Counted from the whole stretch's first letter, positions 27,004 through 38,374 are shown. The stretch is DNA of 63,057 nt, filler included, from Octopus bimaculoides (GCF_001194135.2; 4 parts of 4 records of this genome joined end to end with filler, not necessarily neighbours in it); one strand, 5' to 3'. Notes: generated by a model from the letters alone, not told the origin. Numbers and translations are program-made.

Positions 27004-27853
27004 TTATAAAAATCCTTTATCTATAAGACAATAATTGATTAATTCAAAACAATATGAATAAATAGACATTACATTTGACAGTGTATTCTGAATGCTAAAG
27101 AGTTAAACTTGCATTTTATTTGTATTGTTGTTTGGCTGTAAAATTGGACATGTGTTTGTACACAATGCCAAATATCATGATTCCACATTGCATTTACTTG
27201 AGAGGAGACATTTCTGTAATAGTTGTGGGGAAAAGCTGCTAGGCTTAAAAGTTATCTTCACTTTGTGACTAATTAGTAAGTGATGGATATGCTAATATAT
27301 GCATGTATATATGTATGTGTACATGCATTTCTCAGACCACCAGAGGAAGAGCATTGCAAAAGAAATTACAAGATGGTAATATACTTTTCAGCAGAGATAT
27401 TCAATCAATAGTGAGAAATGAAGAACAGGCATTAAATTGATGATGATGATGGTTGATTGTGTGTGTGTGTGTGTGTGTGTAAAAATTATTATAAATTCAT
27501 TGCTTGAGATGTATTGATCTGATCAAAGCTGAAGATGGAATTTATGCAAATGTACAAAGACTGAAGTTAGCTTGACAATTTGATACAAGAGCAATTATTA
27601 CCACAAATTAAAATGGTTTTTACTCACACAATTATAGACAATATATAGACAACTGTGTGTGCATGTATGTATGTTCTATGCTTTCCTTACCTTATTAAGA
27701 GTGGGAAAGAATTATCCTAAGTTGAATTTATCCAAACATACCATCAAAGGTATTTTTTTTTGTGTGAGTGTTGATGTTGATTACACGTATATCACATATG
27801 TAATTTTATCAAACCAATGCTCTTCAGATTTCAGTCTGCACAAAACAGACATG

Positions 27854-27897
<44 letters not shown>

Positions 27898-28962
27898 TGT
27901 ATACAAATACAGACTCATATTGGTAAATTCTTCTTGGTAAATTTTCTCTTAAACTTTTATGTTCTGTTGACTTCTAACCCCGACCTTTTGTTTCATGTAT
28001 TTTATATACTGGTGCTTATAGCTATTTAGCATTCAGTTCCCAGCCACATATCTCTATCTATCCTTGTCTCTCTCTCTCTGTTAAGTGACATTTGTATCGA
28101 CTTACTACTTGGGACTGCTCAGCTTTCAAGGATGACAACCCAACCCATTTCATCTATGAAGTCTCTATTGCTTTGTAGCTTAAGTTGACTTTGTAACAAT
28201 CGTATAATCTAGCAATTTAATCTGTAATTGTCCTTGGTTCAGAATACAATGTTATTTAACCAACTCCCCATCTCTCAGTTCTGTTTTGTTTAACTGTAGT
28301 GCAGACAAGTTGGTGTCATTAAGTTCTTCAGTTATATGATATCGAAATAATACATATATGTGTATATATAAACCATCACCATCATCTTCCTTCTCTTAAT
28401 TTTAATATCTGCTTTTCATGTTCACATGGATCAGACAGAATACATTGCTGCAGATTATATGTAGCTGGATGCTCTTCCTGCTGACAACTCAAATCTGTTT
28501 CCAGGCACATTAATATTTCCCTTTGGTCAAACGTGTTCTCACACAAGATAGGAAACACAGGTCACTACTTGTATGATGATGATGATGATGCTTGTTTACA
28601 ACTGTCACGTGATGTTAAGAAGATGAGGATTCAGTTGACCAAACAACTGAATTACTTGCTCATTGACTTAACATGTAAGTGGCTGAGTATTCTACAGTCA
28701 TGTCTACTATTAGGTACACAGGTCTGTTGAACTAATACTCAACCAAGATGTTTCACAGTGCATGACAAGGTTAATTTTGAAGTACAATCCATTCGATTGG
28801 CCTCTATACAGCTTCTGTACAACACTTGGGTTGACTTGCAGCTAGGGTAGGGTAGGGGAGAAGATATGTACCCATGCTGTTATATAGTGGTATAAAACCT
28901 TGACCTCAGAATTATGGTGTGGATTTCATAACTATTTGACTATACTATATATGTATGCATAT

Positions 28963-29062
28963 NNNNNNNNNNNNNNNNNNNNNNNNNNNNNNNNNNNNNN
29001 NNNNNNTTAATTAATTAANNNNNNNNNNNNNNNNNNNNNNNNNNNNNNNNNNNNNNNNNNNN
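28963..29062. other. Artificial scaffold linker (44 N + TTAATTAATTAA + 44 N)
   Basis: Exactly 100 bp with a six-frame stop core; an identical structure occurs three times. Confidence 0.95.
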
Positions 29063-29365
29063 GACATTTTCAGTGGAGAGAGTTCCCTGTCATTAACAAA
29101 GCAGCAGACATTTTGAGTGGAGAGAGTTCCCTGTCATTAACAAAGCAACAGACATTTTGAGTGGAGAGAGTTCCCTGTCATTAACAAAGCAGCAGACATT
29201 TTCAGTGGAGAGAGTTCCCTGTCATTAACAAAGCAGCAGACATTTTGAGTGGAGAGAGTTCCCTGTCATTAACAAAGCAGCAGACATTTTGAGTGGAGAG
29301 AGTTCCCTGTCATTTTGAGTGGAGAGAGTTCTCTGTCATTTTGAGTGGAGAGAGTTCCCTGTCAT
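29063..29365. repeat. Minisatellite, 44-bp unit switching to a 26-bp unit
   Basis: GACATTTT(G/C)AGTGGAGAGAGTTCCCTGTCATTAACAAAGCAGCA starts at 29063, 29107, 29151, 29195 and 29239, followed by three CATTTTGAGTGGAGAGAGTTCCCTGT units. Confidence 0.95.
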
Positions 29366-29599
29366 TTGTGAATATGTGGTTGGGTTGCTGTGTGCATAGA
29401 TGTAGGTGTATGCGTCATTACTTTTTGCATGTGTATCAGTGTATTGAACCGAGTGTACGTATATATTCATTTAAAGAATCTCATATGGAAAAATCTTTGC
29501 AATGTCGTACAAGTTGTCACTGTACGGCTAATAAAAGGCATTTGGAGGATGCAGGTCAATGTTTTTTTTTTTGCTCTTTCTTAGAAAAATTTAGTATTT

Positions 29600-30390
29600 T
29601 TTGGTTTTGACAAATGAGAATTTATAATCAGGGCACAAGAGCTGTAAGTTCTGCATTAATTGACCATAAATATTCTCATTTTCCTGAACTTTTGATATTA
29701 CATTTGCGTCCATTGAGCAGCTGAGGTCTACAGCATTCCCGTCCCACAGAACAATATCAGGTTTTGTCCTGGATTGCTACTTTTATTCAAATATTCCACC
29801 TGTATTTCTGGTTTTCAAAAGTATAAAAACATTTTGGTTCTGACATGCGATTGATATATAGCTTTCCTGTAAATAGCATTGTAATTGGTTTTTGCCAACT
29901 ACATCATATTTCATGGGCAGGGGTGTAATATCTGGTAGACATTTTAGGGCAGATGCTGATGAAGTGGGTGATATCTTTTTCACTAATATAGCATAACCGA
30001 TATTTTCTGTTACCCCATGGAGGTTTTGATGGAATCTTTGTCTCTCCTGTTTATCAAGTATTTAGTAGTTATTTTCTGTTCCTGGATAGCAAAGGCATAT
30101 CCTCTAGGTCGGATGTAACATATCTATTGTATATCCGAGAGAGGCTACCCTTCCTATCAATAGTGCCACTATCCTTTAGCTTGTGGTGTATGTACCCATT
30201 CTTCTGGTAGTGTCTATCCATGGCCTTTCTATAGAACAGGTATAAATCTTAGTTCAGTTCAGAATTTCTCACGATAGCTCCAAAACTTGCAATAGCTGAT
30301 TCTGGTTTCTTGTCTATCCATGGCATTGTAATTTTCCGTGTGGATTTCTGTTCATAAACTGACATTTGCGAAAACAGAGAACTTTTTCAA
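29600..30390 (-). mobile_element. R4/Dong-like (restriction-like endonuclease) non-LTR retrotransposon, 3' fragment
   Basis: Minus-strand pieces: FAIQEQKITTKYLINRRDKD; YRLCYISEKDITHFISICPKMSTRYY (CCHC knuckle, first Cys mutated); PDIVLWD..DLSCSMDANVISKVQENENIYGQLMQNLQLLCPDYKF (PD-type RLE domain). Confidence 0.8.
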
Positions 30391-30556
30391 ATTGCTGATA
30401 CTGAAGTTTATATATGTAAATGGATATTTATATGTGTAATTGTAATAAATTGTATAATCATGACAAAATGAATTCATATTCATTTCAGAGTAACTTTTTT
30501 AATTGGAAGAATGTACAGAATGGAAGCAGCATAAACTATGCAAGGCAGAAATTCCA

Positions 30557-30680
30557 GAATAATCAATGTCTTTATATGCGTAATAATCAATGTCATTATA
30601 TGCGTAATAATCAATGTCATTATATGCGTAATAATCAATGTCATTATATGCGTAATAATCAATGTCATTATATGCGTAAT
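30557..30680. repeat. 24-bp minisatellite, about 5 copies
   Basis: AATAATCAATGTCATTATATGCGT tandem unit; it explains the MRNNQCHY repeat ORF. Confidence 0.95.
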
Positions 30681-30933
30681 AAATAAAATAAAATATTTTT
30701 TAAAACTCAATTGTCTACAGAGTTTTTTTTCCCCCCATTTTTTATTAGTTTAAATTCAAACATAAAATGAACTTTTGGTGGGAGACAAACACACAGACGA
30801 CAAGCTTCTTTTAGTTTCGGTCTCCCAAATCCACTCACAAGGCATTAACTGGCCTAGGGCTATAATAGAAGACACTTGCCAAAGGTGCCATGCAGAACCA
30901 TGTGGTTGGGAATCAAATTCTTTAACACACTGC

Positions 30934-30969
<36 letters not shown>

Positions 30970-31844
30970 TGTGTATTTATCATTGTCATTGTTTTACATT
31001 TGCTTTTCCATGGTTTGAACATGATTTCTGAGATAGCATTTAACAGCCAGGTGCTCTTCCAGTCACCAACACTTTTAGTCCCTTTTGAGGACATGAAGGG
31101 ACACAGTGTGCCTATTCTAAAATCAGCTACATCCTGGACCTTATATACATTCTTTCAACGATGTCATGTAATATTTTATGATGACTGTATCCCATTAAAG
31201 CAGGGGCTCTCAACCAGGGTTCATAATGGTCCTTAGGGGTTCATACAAGAATTTGTTGTTAAAATTTATTTGGTAAATTCTAGAAGTAAAACCAAAAGAT
31301 TGCTTATATTTCTTCTGCAAGACACCAAATATTTTAACAATTATTTTACATAATTCTTAATAATATTTAATTATAAAAATGTTTTTTTTTTTTAAAAGAC
31401 ATCAACTGGCTGTGAGGGTCCACCCAACGAAAATTGGAATCAAAGGGGTCCATCATCATTTAACATTTGTCTTCCATGCTGGTATGGGTTGGGCGGTTTG
31501 ACTGAGAACTGGTAAGGTGAAGAGCTGCACTGGGGAGTTGATTTGGCATGGTTTCTATGGCTGGATGCCCTTCTTAATGCCAACCACTCCAAGAGTGTAG
31601 GTCCACAGGGAGAAAAATGGTTGAGAACCATTGCATTAAAGGAATAGTTGTTAGTTTGAATTTTTATAATTTCATTTTTTCTTTTATTCATAACATTATA
31701 CATAATGTGATTAATGTAAAACTACTCCAGTCATTCACATCATCATTTGATATCCTTCTTCCATACTGACATGGGTTGGATGGTTTGACAGGAACCATAT
31801 TAGGTTCCAGTGTCTGTTTTAGCATGGTCTCTGAGCCATGCCAA

Positions 31845-32150
31845 GGTGCATAGCTCAGTGGTTAGAGCATTGGGTTCTTAATCATAAGGTAGTGAGTTCA
31901 ATTTTTAGACCAGGCTGTGTGTTGGGTTCTTGAGCAAGACACTTTATTTCACATTGCTCCAGTTCACCCAGATGTAGAAATGAGTTGTGACATCACTGGT
32001 GCCAAGCTTTGACTTTCCCTTGGGTAACATCAGTAGCAGGGAGAGGGGGAGGTTGTTATGCATCGATGACTGCTGGTCTTTCATAAACGACCTTGCCTGG
32101 ACTTGTGCCTCAGAGGGTAACTTTTTAGGTGCAATCCCATGGTCATTCAT
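31845..32150 (+). mobile_element. tRNA-related SINE, family D
   Basis: GCATAGCTCAGTGGTTAGAGC head (A-box-like), GAGTTCAATT (B-box-like), CTTGAGCAAGACACTTTATTTCAC core. Confidence 0.75.
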
Positions 32151-32806
32151 GTACTCCTCTACAGCTGTATGCTTTTCCTAATGCTAACCACTTTATAGAG
32201 GGCACTCGGTGATTTTTATGTGGCACCAGCACCAGAGCTTTTCATGTGACACCATCACCAACAGGATCATATGACCTCCAATTTTATTTCAAACAGTAAA
32301 TGAACAATAAATCAATTGTAACATTGCAACAAATATGAAGTCAAGACAAGAAAATGTCTGCAGATCAGGTAACTGTAAATGAAAATATTATTATTCTGTA
32401 CTGAAAATAAGCTCTATTACTTAGGAGAAAAAAAAAAAAAAATGAATGCATTTGTTTGAAAAGGAAATTTTATTTAAATGCTTTTGATGTTTTAACTGAA
32501 TCTGCAATAATTTTGAGTGAACTGTTTTTAGCACTGAAGTAATGTGCTCAATATTTTGAAATGGAACAAAAGAGTCCTTTGGTAGGTTACATAATATACC
32601 ATCTTAATTTATGATGTGCTCTGATATCAAATTATACATGAATTTGTATCCCTTATTAAACAATAAATTCATCTTTTGTGATACAATTATTGTTAACATA
32701 ACAAACACAAACCTAAAGAGCACTGGAAATATTATGTAATTTTATAGATTGATTTCGAAATGTATGTCGCTGTGTCAGAACGAGCTGTTTGAAAATCTAA
32801 CGCAAA

Positions 32807-33243
32807 TTATTCTTCTTTTGCTCCTTTGAAGGCAGAAATAACCTGGTACTGTTTGTTTTCAGAACCATGAGTTTCCATTGTTACATTTTCAAATTTATTC
32901 TTACGAAGCACATCCATATATAATTCTATATCTGCGTTGCCATATTTCAGAAAACCCTTTTCTTCAGAAGCTTTTAACCTTTTACAATCAGCTGTTGTTA
33001 TCATAAATGTGTTAGGCTTTAAAACACGATATAACTCTTGAGCACATTTGTCAAAATCTGGCCAAAAATAAAAACAATTGCAATGAAAAATCCGATCAAA
33101 GGTATTCGACTCAAATGGCATTTCCATAACACTTCCAAGATGCAATTCCACTTGATTATTGGTGATGCCTTCATTCATTAGTTTGCTTGCAGTTTCCAAC
33201 ATGTAAGGTGATAAGTCCAGACCAAATAATTTACCTTTGCCAT
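32807..33243 (-). CDS. Class I SAM-dependent methyltransferase (Methyltransf_11/UbiE-YdaC-like), last exon
   Basis: Acceptor TTTCTTTTATTTTAG| at 33244, phase 1. (D)GKGKLFGLDLSPYMLETASKL..GSVMEMPFESNTFDRIFHCNCFYFWPD..ELYRVLKP..SAFKGAKEE*. Post-I, II and III methyltransferase motifs are present with no disablements. Confidence 0.92.
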
Positions 33244-33351
33244 CTAAAATAAAAGAAACAAATATAGGAACTTATACTCACATATTCACTACAGAAGTGC
33301 ATGTCATGTATTAAAAGAAAGGTTAGGGCAAGCTTTTTATGGTAGCAAAAC

Positions 33352-33645
33352 ATGGATTCTGAACAAATATGAAGAGGACATAATCAATGCATTTGAAATG
33401 CAGGTGTGTAGGAGAATGTTACAAGTTTCTTAAAAGACCATTGAACAAAAGAATGGGTGTTGATGTAAGACGACAGTGACTGGTTTAAAAATAAAAACCC
33501 ATCTATTATGGCCATATTCAAAGAAGTAAAGGTCTGCAAAACATTGTCGTAGAAGGAAGAATCAGGGAAAGAAAGCAATGGATGGCCAATATCAGGGGCT
33601 GGTTGGGCAAGAATGGCAAGGCAGCTGGAGAAGTCGGGGTTAATC
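33352..33645 (+). mobile_element. RTE (BovB-like) LINE C-terminal fragment in the methyltransferase intron
   Basis: TWILNKYEEDIINAFEMQVCRRMLQVS* and YYGHIQRSKGLQNIVVEGRIRERKQWMANIRGWLG match RTE ORF2 C-terminal patterns. Confidence 0.75.
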
Positions 33646-34983
33646 AGGAACACTTTTGTTGTAATATCATCAATGTGCTGCACACAAAAGAGACATGATC
33701 ACAACGATATAAATGTATCTGAAGAATTTTCATAATCAGTCAGAAAAATACACTCGTTAGAGTAAGTAAATTATTTATTCAGTATAATAAATCAATCCCT
33801 AGACACATCAAAAATATTACTGGATGGTTTCCTATGAAATTCACCTCACTTACAAGAACAGATTATCACCAGCTAAAAATAGACAGTTTGCAATCCATTT
33901 TCAAGCAACAATATCTGTTAATTATTTAATTAATCCTTCCTTGTAGGGAAGATAAATTTTGTATGAAACCATCCAGTAACATTTTGATAGTGGTGGTGCC
34001 ATGCATAAGTGCATGTGCAGTGCCACATAAAAGGGTGCATGTGGTGCCATGTAAAAGCAGCCAGCACACTCTGTGGTTGAGATTAGGAAGGGCATCAAAT
34101 CAGACTGGAGTCTGCTGTAGCCCTGCAGCTTGCCAGCTCTGATGAAATCACCCAACCCATGCCAGCATATGGATATATATATATGTATGTATATGCTTGT
34201 GTGTCTGTGTTTGTCCCCATCACCATCGCTTGACCGTGACAACAAATGTTGGCGTGTTTAAGTCCTTGTAACTTAACAGTTTGGCCAAAGAGATTGATAC
34301 AATAAGTACTAGGCTTACAAAGAATAAGTGCTGGGGTTGATTTATTCTCTAGCATGGCCACAGTCAAATGACTGAAACAAGTAAAAAGAATATATATAAA
34401 GAACTCTAAACTAGAGAGTTTTAGTCAGTGCCCTCATCAGAGGAAAGTTGTGTTGGAAACATGGAATTCACCATTTGCTGACTAAGGAAATGCTGTCATT
34501 CTCAGACATCTTTAGCAGGCTCATTGTAGACATAACCGGTACTGGTCTAAGGGGACATAACTCTGCCTCACCCAAAGCTTTATCAGCTTCATACTGGATC
34601 TTTTTTGTTTACAAAATTTACTGATCATAACATCTTCCTTCCAGTTGTAGAGAGGATGTGTGCTTCTAGCCACTTGAGTCTTATGAGTCACCTATACAGT
34701 TAAGCGCCTGATAGGGGTGAAACCAATGGTCACTCTATGAGCAGCCATAACAAACAACCTTCTAAATATTACTACTCTAATGTTTTAAAGTATGCTCCAT
34801 TTCAGGATATATGAACTACTGACCAATGTGTGTGTGTGTGTTTACTTACTTTTACTTGTTTCAGCCAAAGGTGAGGGCATGCTTGGGTACTGCCATGAAT
34901 CTGATAGCGAGTCTATTTCAACTCACTTCCACGGCTGTTTTTCTTAGTTTGGTTCCGGTGAAGCAGCGAGTTGAATAACGCTA

Positions 34984-35004
34984 CCCTAACCCTAACCCTA
35001 ACCC
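34984..35004. repeat. Short interstitial (CCCTAA)n tract
   Basis: CCCTAA x3 plus CCC. Confidence 0.8.
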
Positions 35005-35631
35005 ATATTTGCATTTCTTGCCATAATTCATTTGGAATCTCAGATAAAAATTTCTCTTGATGTTCTTTGAACAATCCACACCTTGTAGATCTCTGCTGCA
35101 ACTTTTCTGCGAGGAACTGAAAAGCTGTTGGCCTTTAAACCCTGGGCTGTTACAAAACTGGATCCTTACTCACAGAGGTGTGGGATCTTTGGTATTATAC
35201 AGTGGTGCCCAGTTCAGGGGTTGATATATCTCTCAATCCCACAGCTAGGCCAGACACTTCCCTATCTTTTATGTCTTTGTTCTAAGCAGGAAAGTTTCAG
35301 CTCATCTGTTGTACCCAAGCAATCTTTTTGGTGTGGCAGCATTAGATTGTCCTGAGTACCACTGTTAGTTTGTAGAACCAAGGGCAGCAGTCCAGGCAAA
35401 TGAAAAGAAATGTTCTCAGTGGGGTCAAAATGGCTTCTTATTCTGAATGATGTCAGAATCTAACTAGTCAGTCACCTGCATATTGTTGGCATCTTGGTAA
35501 TATGCACATGTAATGAATCCACTCTAAAGGGGTGGTCATTAGGAAGGGCACCCAACTGTAAAACCCATGCGAAAACAGTGGAACCTGGTGCAGTCCACTG
35601 GCTTGCTAACTCTTGTCAAACCATCTAACAG

Positions 35632-35860
35632 ATGTTAAATGATGACAACGATGATGACGATGATGATGGTGACAATGACGACGATGATGATGATGATGAT
35701 GGTGACAATGACGACAATGATGATGATGATGATGGTGACAATGACGACGACGATGATGATGATGATGGTGACAATGACGACGGTGATGATGATGATGATG
35801 GTGACAATGACGACGGTGATGATGATGATGATGGTGACAATGACGACGGTGATGATGATA
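35632..35860. repeat. GAT/GAC trinucleotide-derived minisatellite with 33-bp period
   Basis: GGTGACAATGACGAC recurs every 33 bp (6 times). It is intronic to the methyltransferase gene. Confidence 0.9.
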
Positions 35861-35905
35861 AAAACTCCTCTATCAAAAACAAAATACAGTGGTTTTCCAA
35901 GTTAC

Positions 35906-36041
35906 CTTTGATTTTATTGTATGCTGCTTCAAGACCTATGCCAGGACCAAAACCAACTTCAAGAACATAATGGTCAGCTTTAATACCGCAATGTTCAACA
36001 GCTTTCTCTTCTACAAGTCTATTATCTCTTTTGAGAAAGAA
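35906..36041 (-). CDS. Class I SAM-dependent methyltransferase, internal exon with motif I
   Basis: Acceptor GATTTTCAG| at 36042 and donor AAAG|GTAACT at 35905; 136 nt, phase 0 to 1. FFLKRDNRLVEEKAVEHCGIKADHYVLEVGFGPGIGLEAAYNKIK; G+AT joins as Asp in frame with the 33243 exon. Not in the ORF track. Confidence 0.92.
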
Positions 36042-36252
36042 CTGAAAATCATAAGGAACATTTTCATTAATTATGCTACATAATTCAAAAATACTAACCT
36101 AATGATGTTTTCATTTATTTGTATGCACTTTTTGAGAGTCTATGCTTTAAAAAAATTAATTTGAGAAGTTTCACATTAGCTTTTATTTNNNNNNNNNNCC
36201 AACCCATGCTAGCATGGAAAGCGGACGTTAAACGATGATGATGATGATGATG

Positions 36253-36814
36253 ATATATAAAAGAAAGAAAAGAAATGTAAAAGTCACAGAAAGTTTGTAT
36301 AATAAAGTTTATGGTGATATTAGGATCATATTGCATCATTACATCATTACAAATTAAATAAGTACCGGTTTCACAATCAACGATTGTCAACTTATATAGA
36401 GAAAACTTTTTTGCTGTCAATAGGACGCCATCTTTGAAAAAAATAGCGAACAGAGATGAAGCAATATGTCAAGGAGGGCAACTCTTATTTTTTCATGAAG
36501 CTCTTCAGTGATTTTTGGCAAGCATACAGTTACNNNNNNNNNNCAACTCTTATTTTTTTTGTACTAGGTTTTAAAACCTAGTACAAAAAAAATAAGAGTT
36601 GCCCTCCTTGACATATTGCTTCATCTCTGTTCACTTTTTTCAAAGATGGCGTCCTATTGACAGCAAAAAAGTTTTCTCTATATAAGTTGACAATCGTTTG
36701 ATCGCGAAACCAGTACTTATTTAATTTCTAATGATGTAATATGATACTAATATCACCATAAACTTTATTATACAAACTTTCTCTGACTTTTACATTTCTT
36801 TTCTTTCTTATATA
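36253..36814. mobile_element. Foldback/MITE-like palindromic element
   Basis: Arms at about 36253-36494 and 36587-36814 are diverged inverted repeats with TATA ends. A perfect 58-bp palindrome at 36544-36601 is centred on TTTT|AAAA. Confidence 0.75.
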
Positions 36815-36861
36815 CCTATCCCATGTGTATACAGAACTTTCCATTCTTCACTATATATATA

Positions 36862-36961
36862 NNNNNNNNNNNNNNNNNNNNNNNNNNNNNNNNNNNNNNN
36901 NNNNNTTAATTAATTAANNNNNNNNNNNNNNNNNNNNNNNNNNNNNNNNNNNNNNNNNNNN
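36862..36961. other. Artificial scaffold linker (44 N + TTAATTAATTAA + 44 N)
   Basis: Same 100-bp structure as at 28963. Confidence 0.95.
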
Positions 36962-36993
<32 letters not shown>

Positions 36994-37899
36994 TCATGCA
37001 TAGAAGCACACACACTCAAGCGTACAGACATCAAATTGCGAATTTAGATGTGTAGAAGTAATGTAAACTTTATCCAACGCATACATAATATATGCGCTTC
37101 ATTTATTCGCCGTATTTTCTGCGGGGTAACGCTAAGGGAAAACTCCCTAATAACACTGGGTGTTAAAATACTGTAAAATCTTAGACCAGGCGAGACTTGG
37201 ATCGAACCAAGAGTGGTGGATATCGGTGTTTCGTTATTATTGTGTTTTATGTACATCGCTTATTTGGATCGAAACGAAGACGAACTGAATGCCTGGTTTA
37301 TGAATATATACAATTAGTGTAAGAGCTGTTTGGTGCCGTGCTACGGAGACACGCATGCGGAAGGAAATGAAATTACGAATTAAAAGCAGCAATATTTATG
37401 TGTGCATATGAGTGTGTGCGTGCAGGCGCATGGATAAATGTATTTGTACGTTTGAGTGCGTGTGTTTGTGCGCGCGTGTTAAATGTATTTGTATGGTTGT
37501 GTGTGTGTGTGTGTGTGTGTGCGTCTGCTATTCACTTTTATCGTAAGTAATGCTAATTGCCCTTGGAGTTGACGTGTCAAACGGAAATCTGAGAAAGCAT
37601 TATTTCGGGTAGTGTATTGAATGAATTTATTTCACTCACACTCTCTCTGTTTCTATTTGTTTCTGGCAGTCTGTCTGTCTCCTCCTCTCTCTCTCTCTCT
37701 CTCTCTCTATCTCGCTCCCTCTCGCTCCCTCTCTATCTCTCTCTATTTCTTTCTCTCTCTGTCGTTCGCTCGCTATATCAATGACTCTCCCTTTCTTGTC
37801 CTAGATTCTCTTTCTCATAGTCTTTTTGTCTTTTTTAATATGTACCTGTATGTACGGATGTCTCCTAGAATAGTACCATATTCAGCATTATTTCGTATA

Positions 37900-38340
37900 T
37901 GTTCTTTTCTACACTAGGCACAAGGCCTGACATTTTGGGGTAGGGGACCAGTCGATTAAATCGACCCCAGTACGCAACTGGTACTTTATCTATCGACTCC
38001 GAAAGGATGAAAGACAATGTCGACCTCGGCGGAATTTGAACTCAGAAGTAAAGACAGACGAAATACCACCAAGCATTTCGCCCGGCTTGCTAACGTTTCC
38101 ACCAACTCGACGCTTTAAAATATATTCTTTTCTACTCTAGGTACAAGGCCCTATATGTCTGGGGAGGGAGGGGGCAGTCGATTAGATCGACCCCAGTACG
38201 CAACTGATACTTTATTTATCGACCCCGGAAGGATGAAAGACAAAGTCGACCTCGGCGGAATTTGAACCCAGACCGTAAAGACAGACGAAATACCGCTAAG
38301 TATTTCGCCCGGCGCGCTATCGTTTCTGCCATCTGACTAC
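37900..38340 (-). mobile_element. Two tandem family C SINEs, CpG-intact
   Basis: TCGACCCCAGTACGCAACTG..GGATGAAAGACAAAGTCGACCTCGGCGGAATTTGAAC..TTTCGCCCGGC occurs twice. Confidence 0.85.
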
Positions 38341-38374
38341 CTTATTATTTTGCTTATGTTAATAAAGGAATGGT

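Noticed and set aside
29063-29365. CRISPR-like appearance of the 44-bp repeat
   Set aside because: The units are contiguous with no unique spacers, the context is eukaryotic, and there are no cas genes.
30420-30753. MRNNQCHY repeat protein
   Set aside because: It is a 24-bp minisatellite open in several frames on both strands, with no splice or homology support.
33384-33683. 99-aa minus-strand ORF as an extra methyltransferase exon
   Set aside because: It is the antisense of a plus-strand RTE LINE fragment, and the flanking exons already join in frame without it.
35625-35970. Asp-rich 112-aa ORF and its Ser- and Met-rich alternative frames
   Set aside because: It is a trinucleotide-derived repeat in an intron, and its 3' end is just the antisense of the real methyltransferase exon.
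37044-37256. 70-aa minus-strand ORF as the methyltransferase N-terminus
   Set aside because: Its frame ends in phase 1 at the only plausible donor, while the next exon needs phase 0, and the sequence is unlike a methyltransferase.
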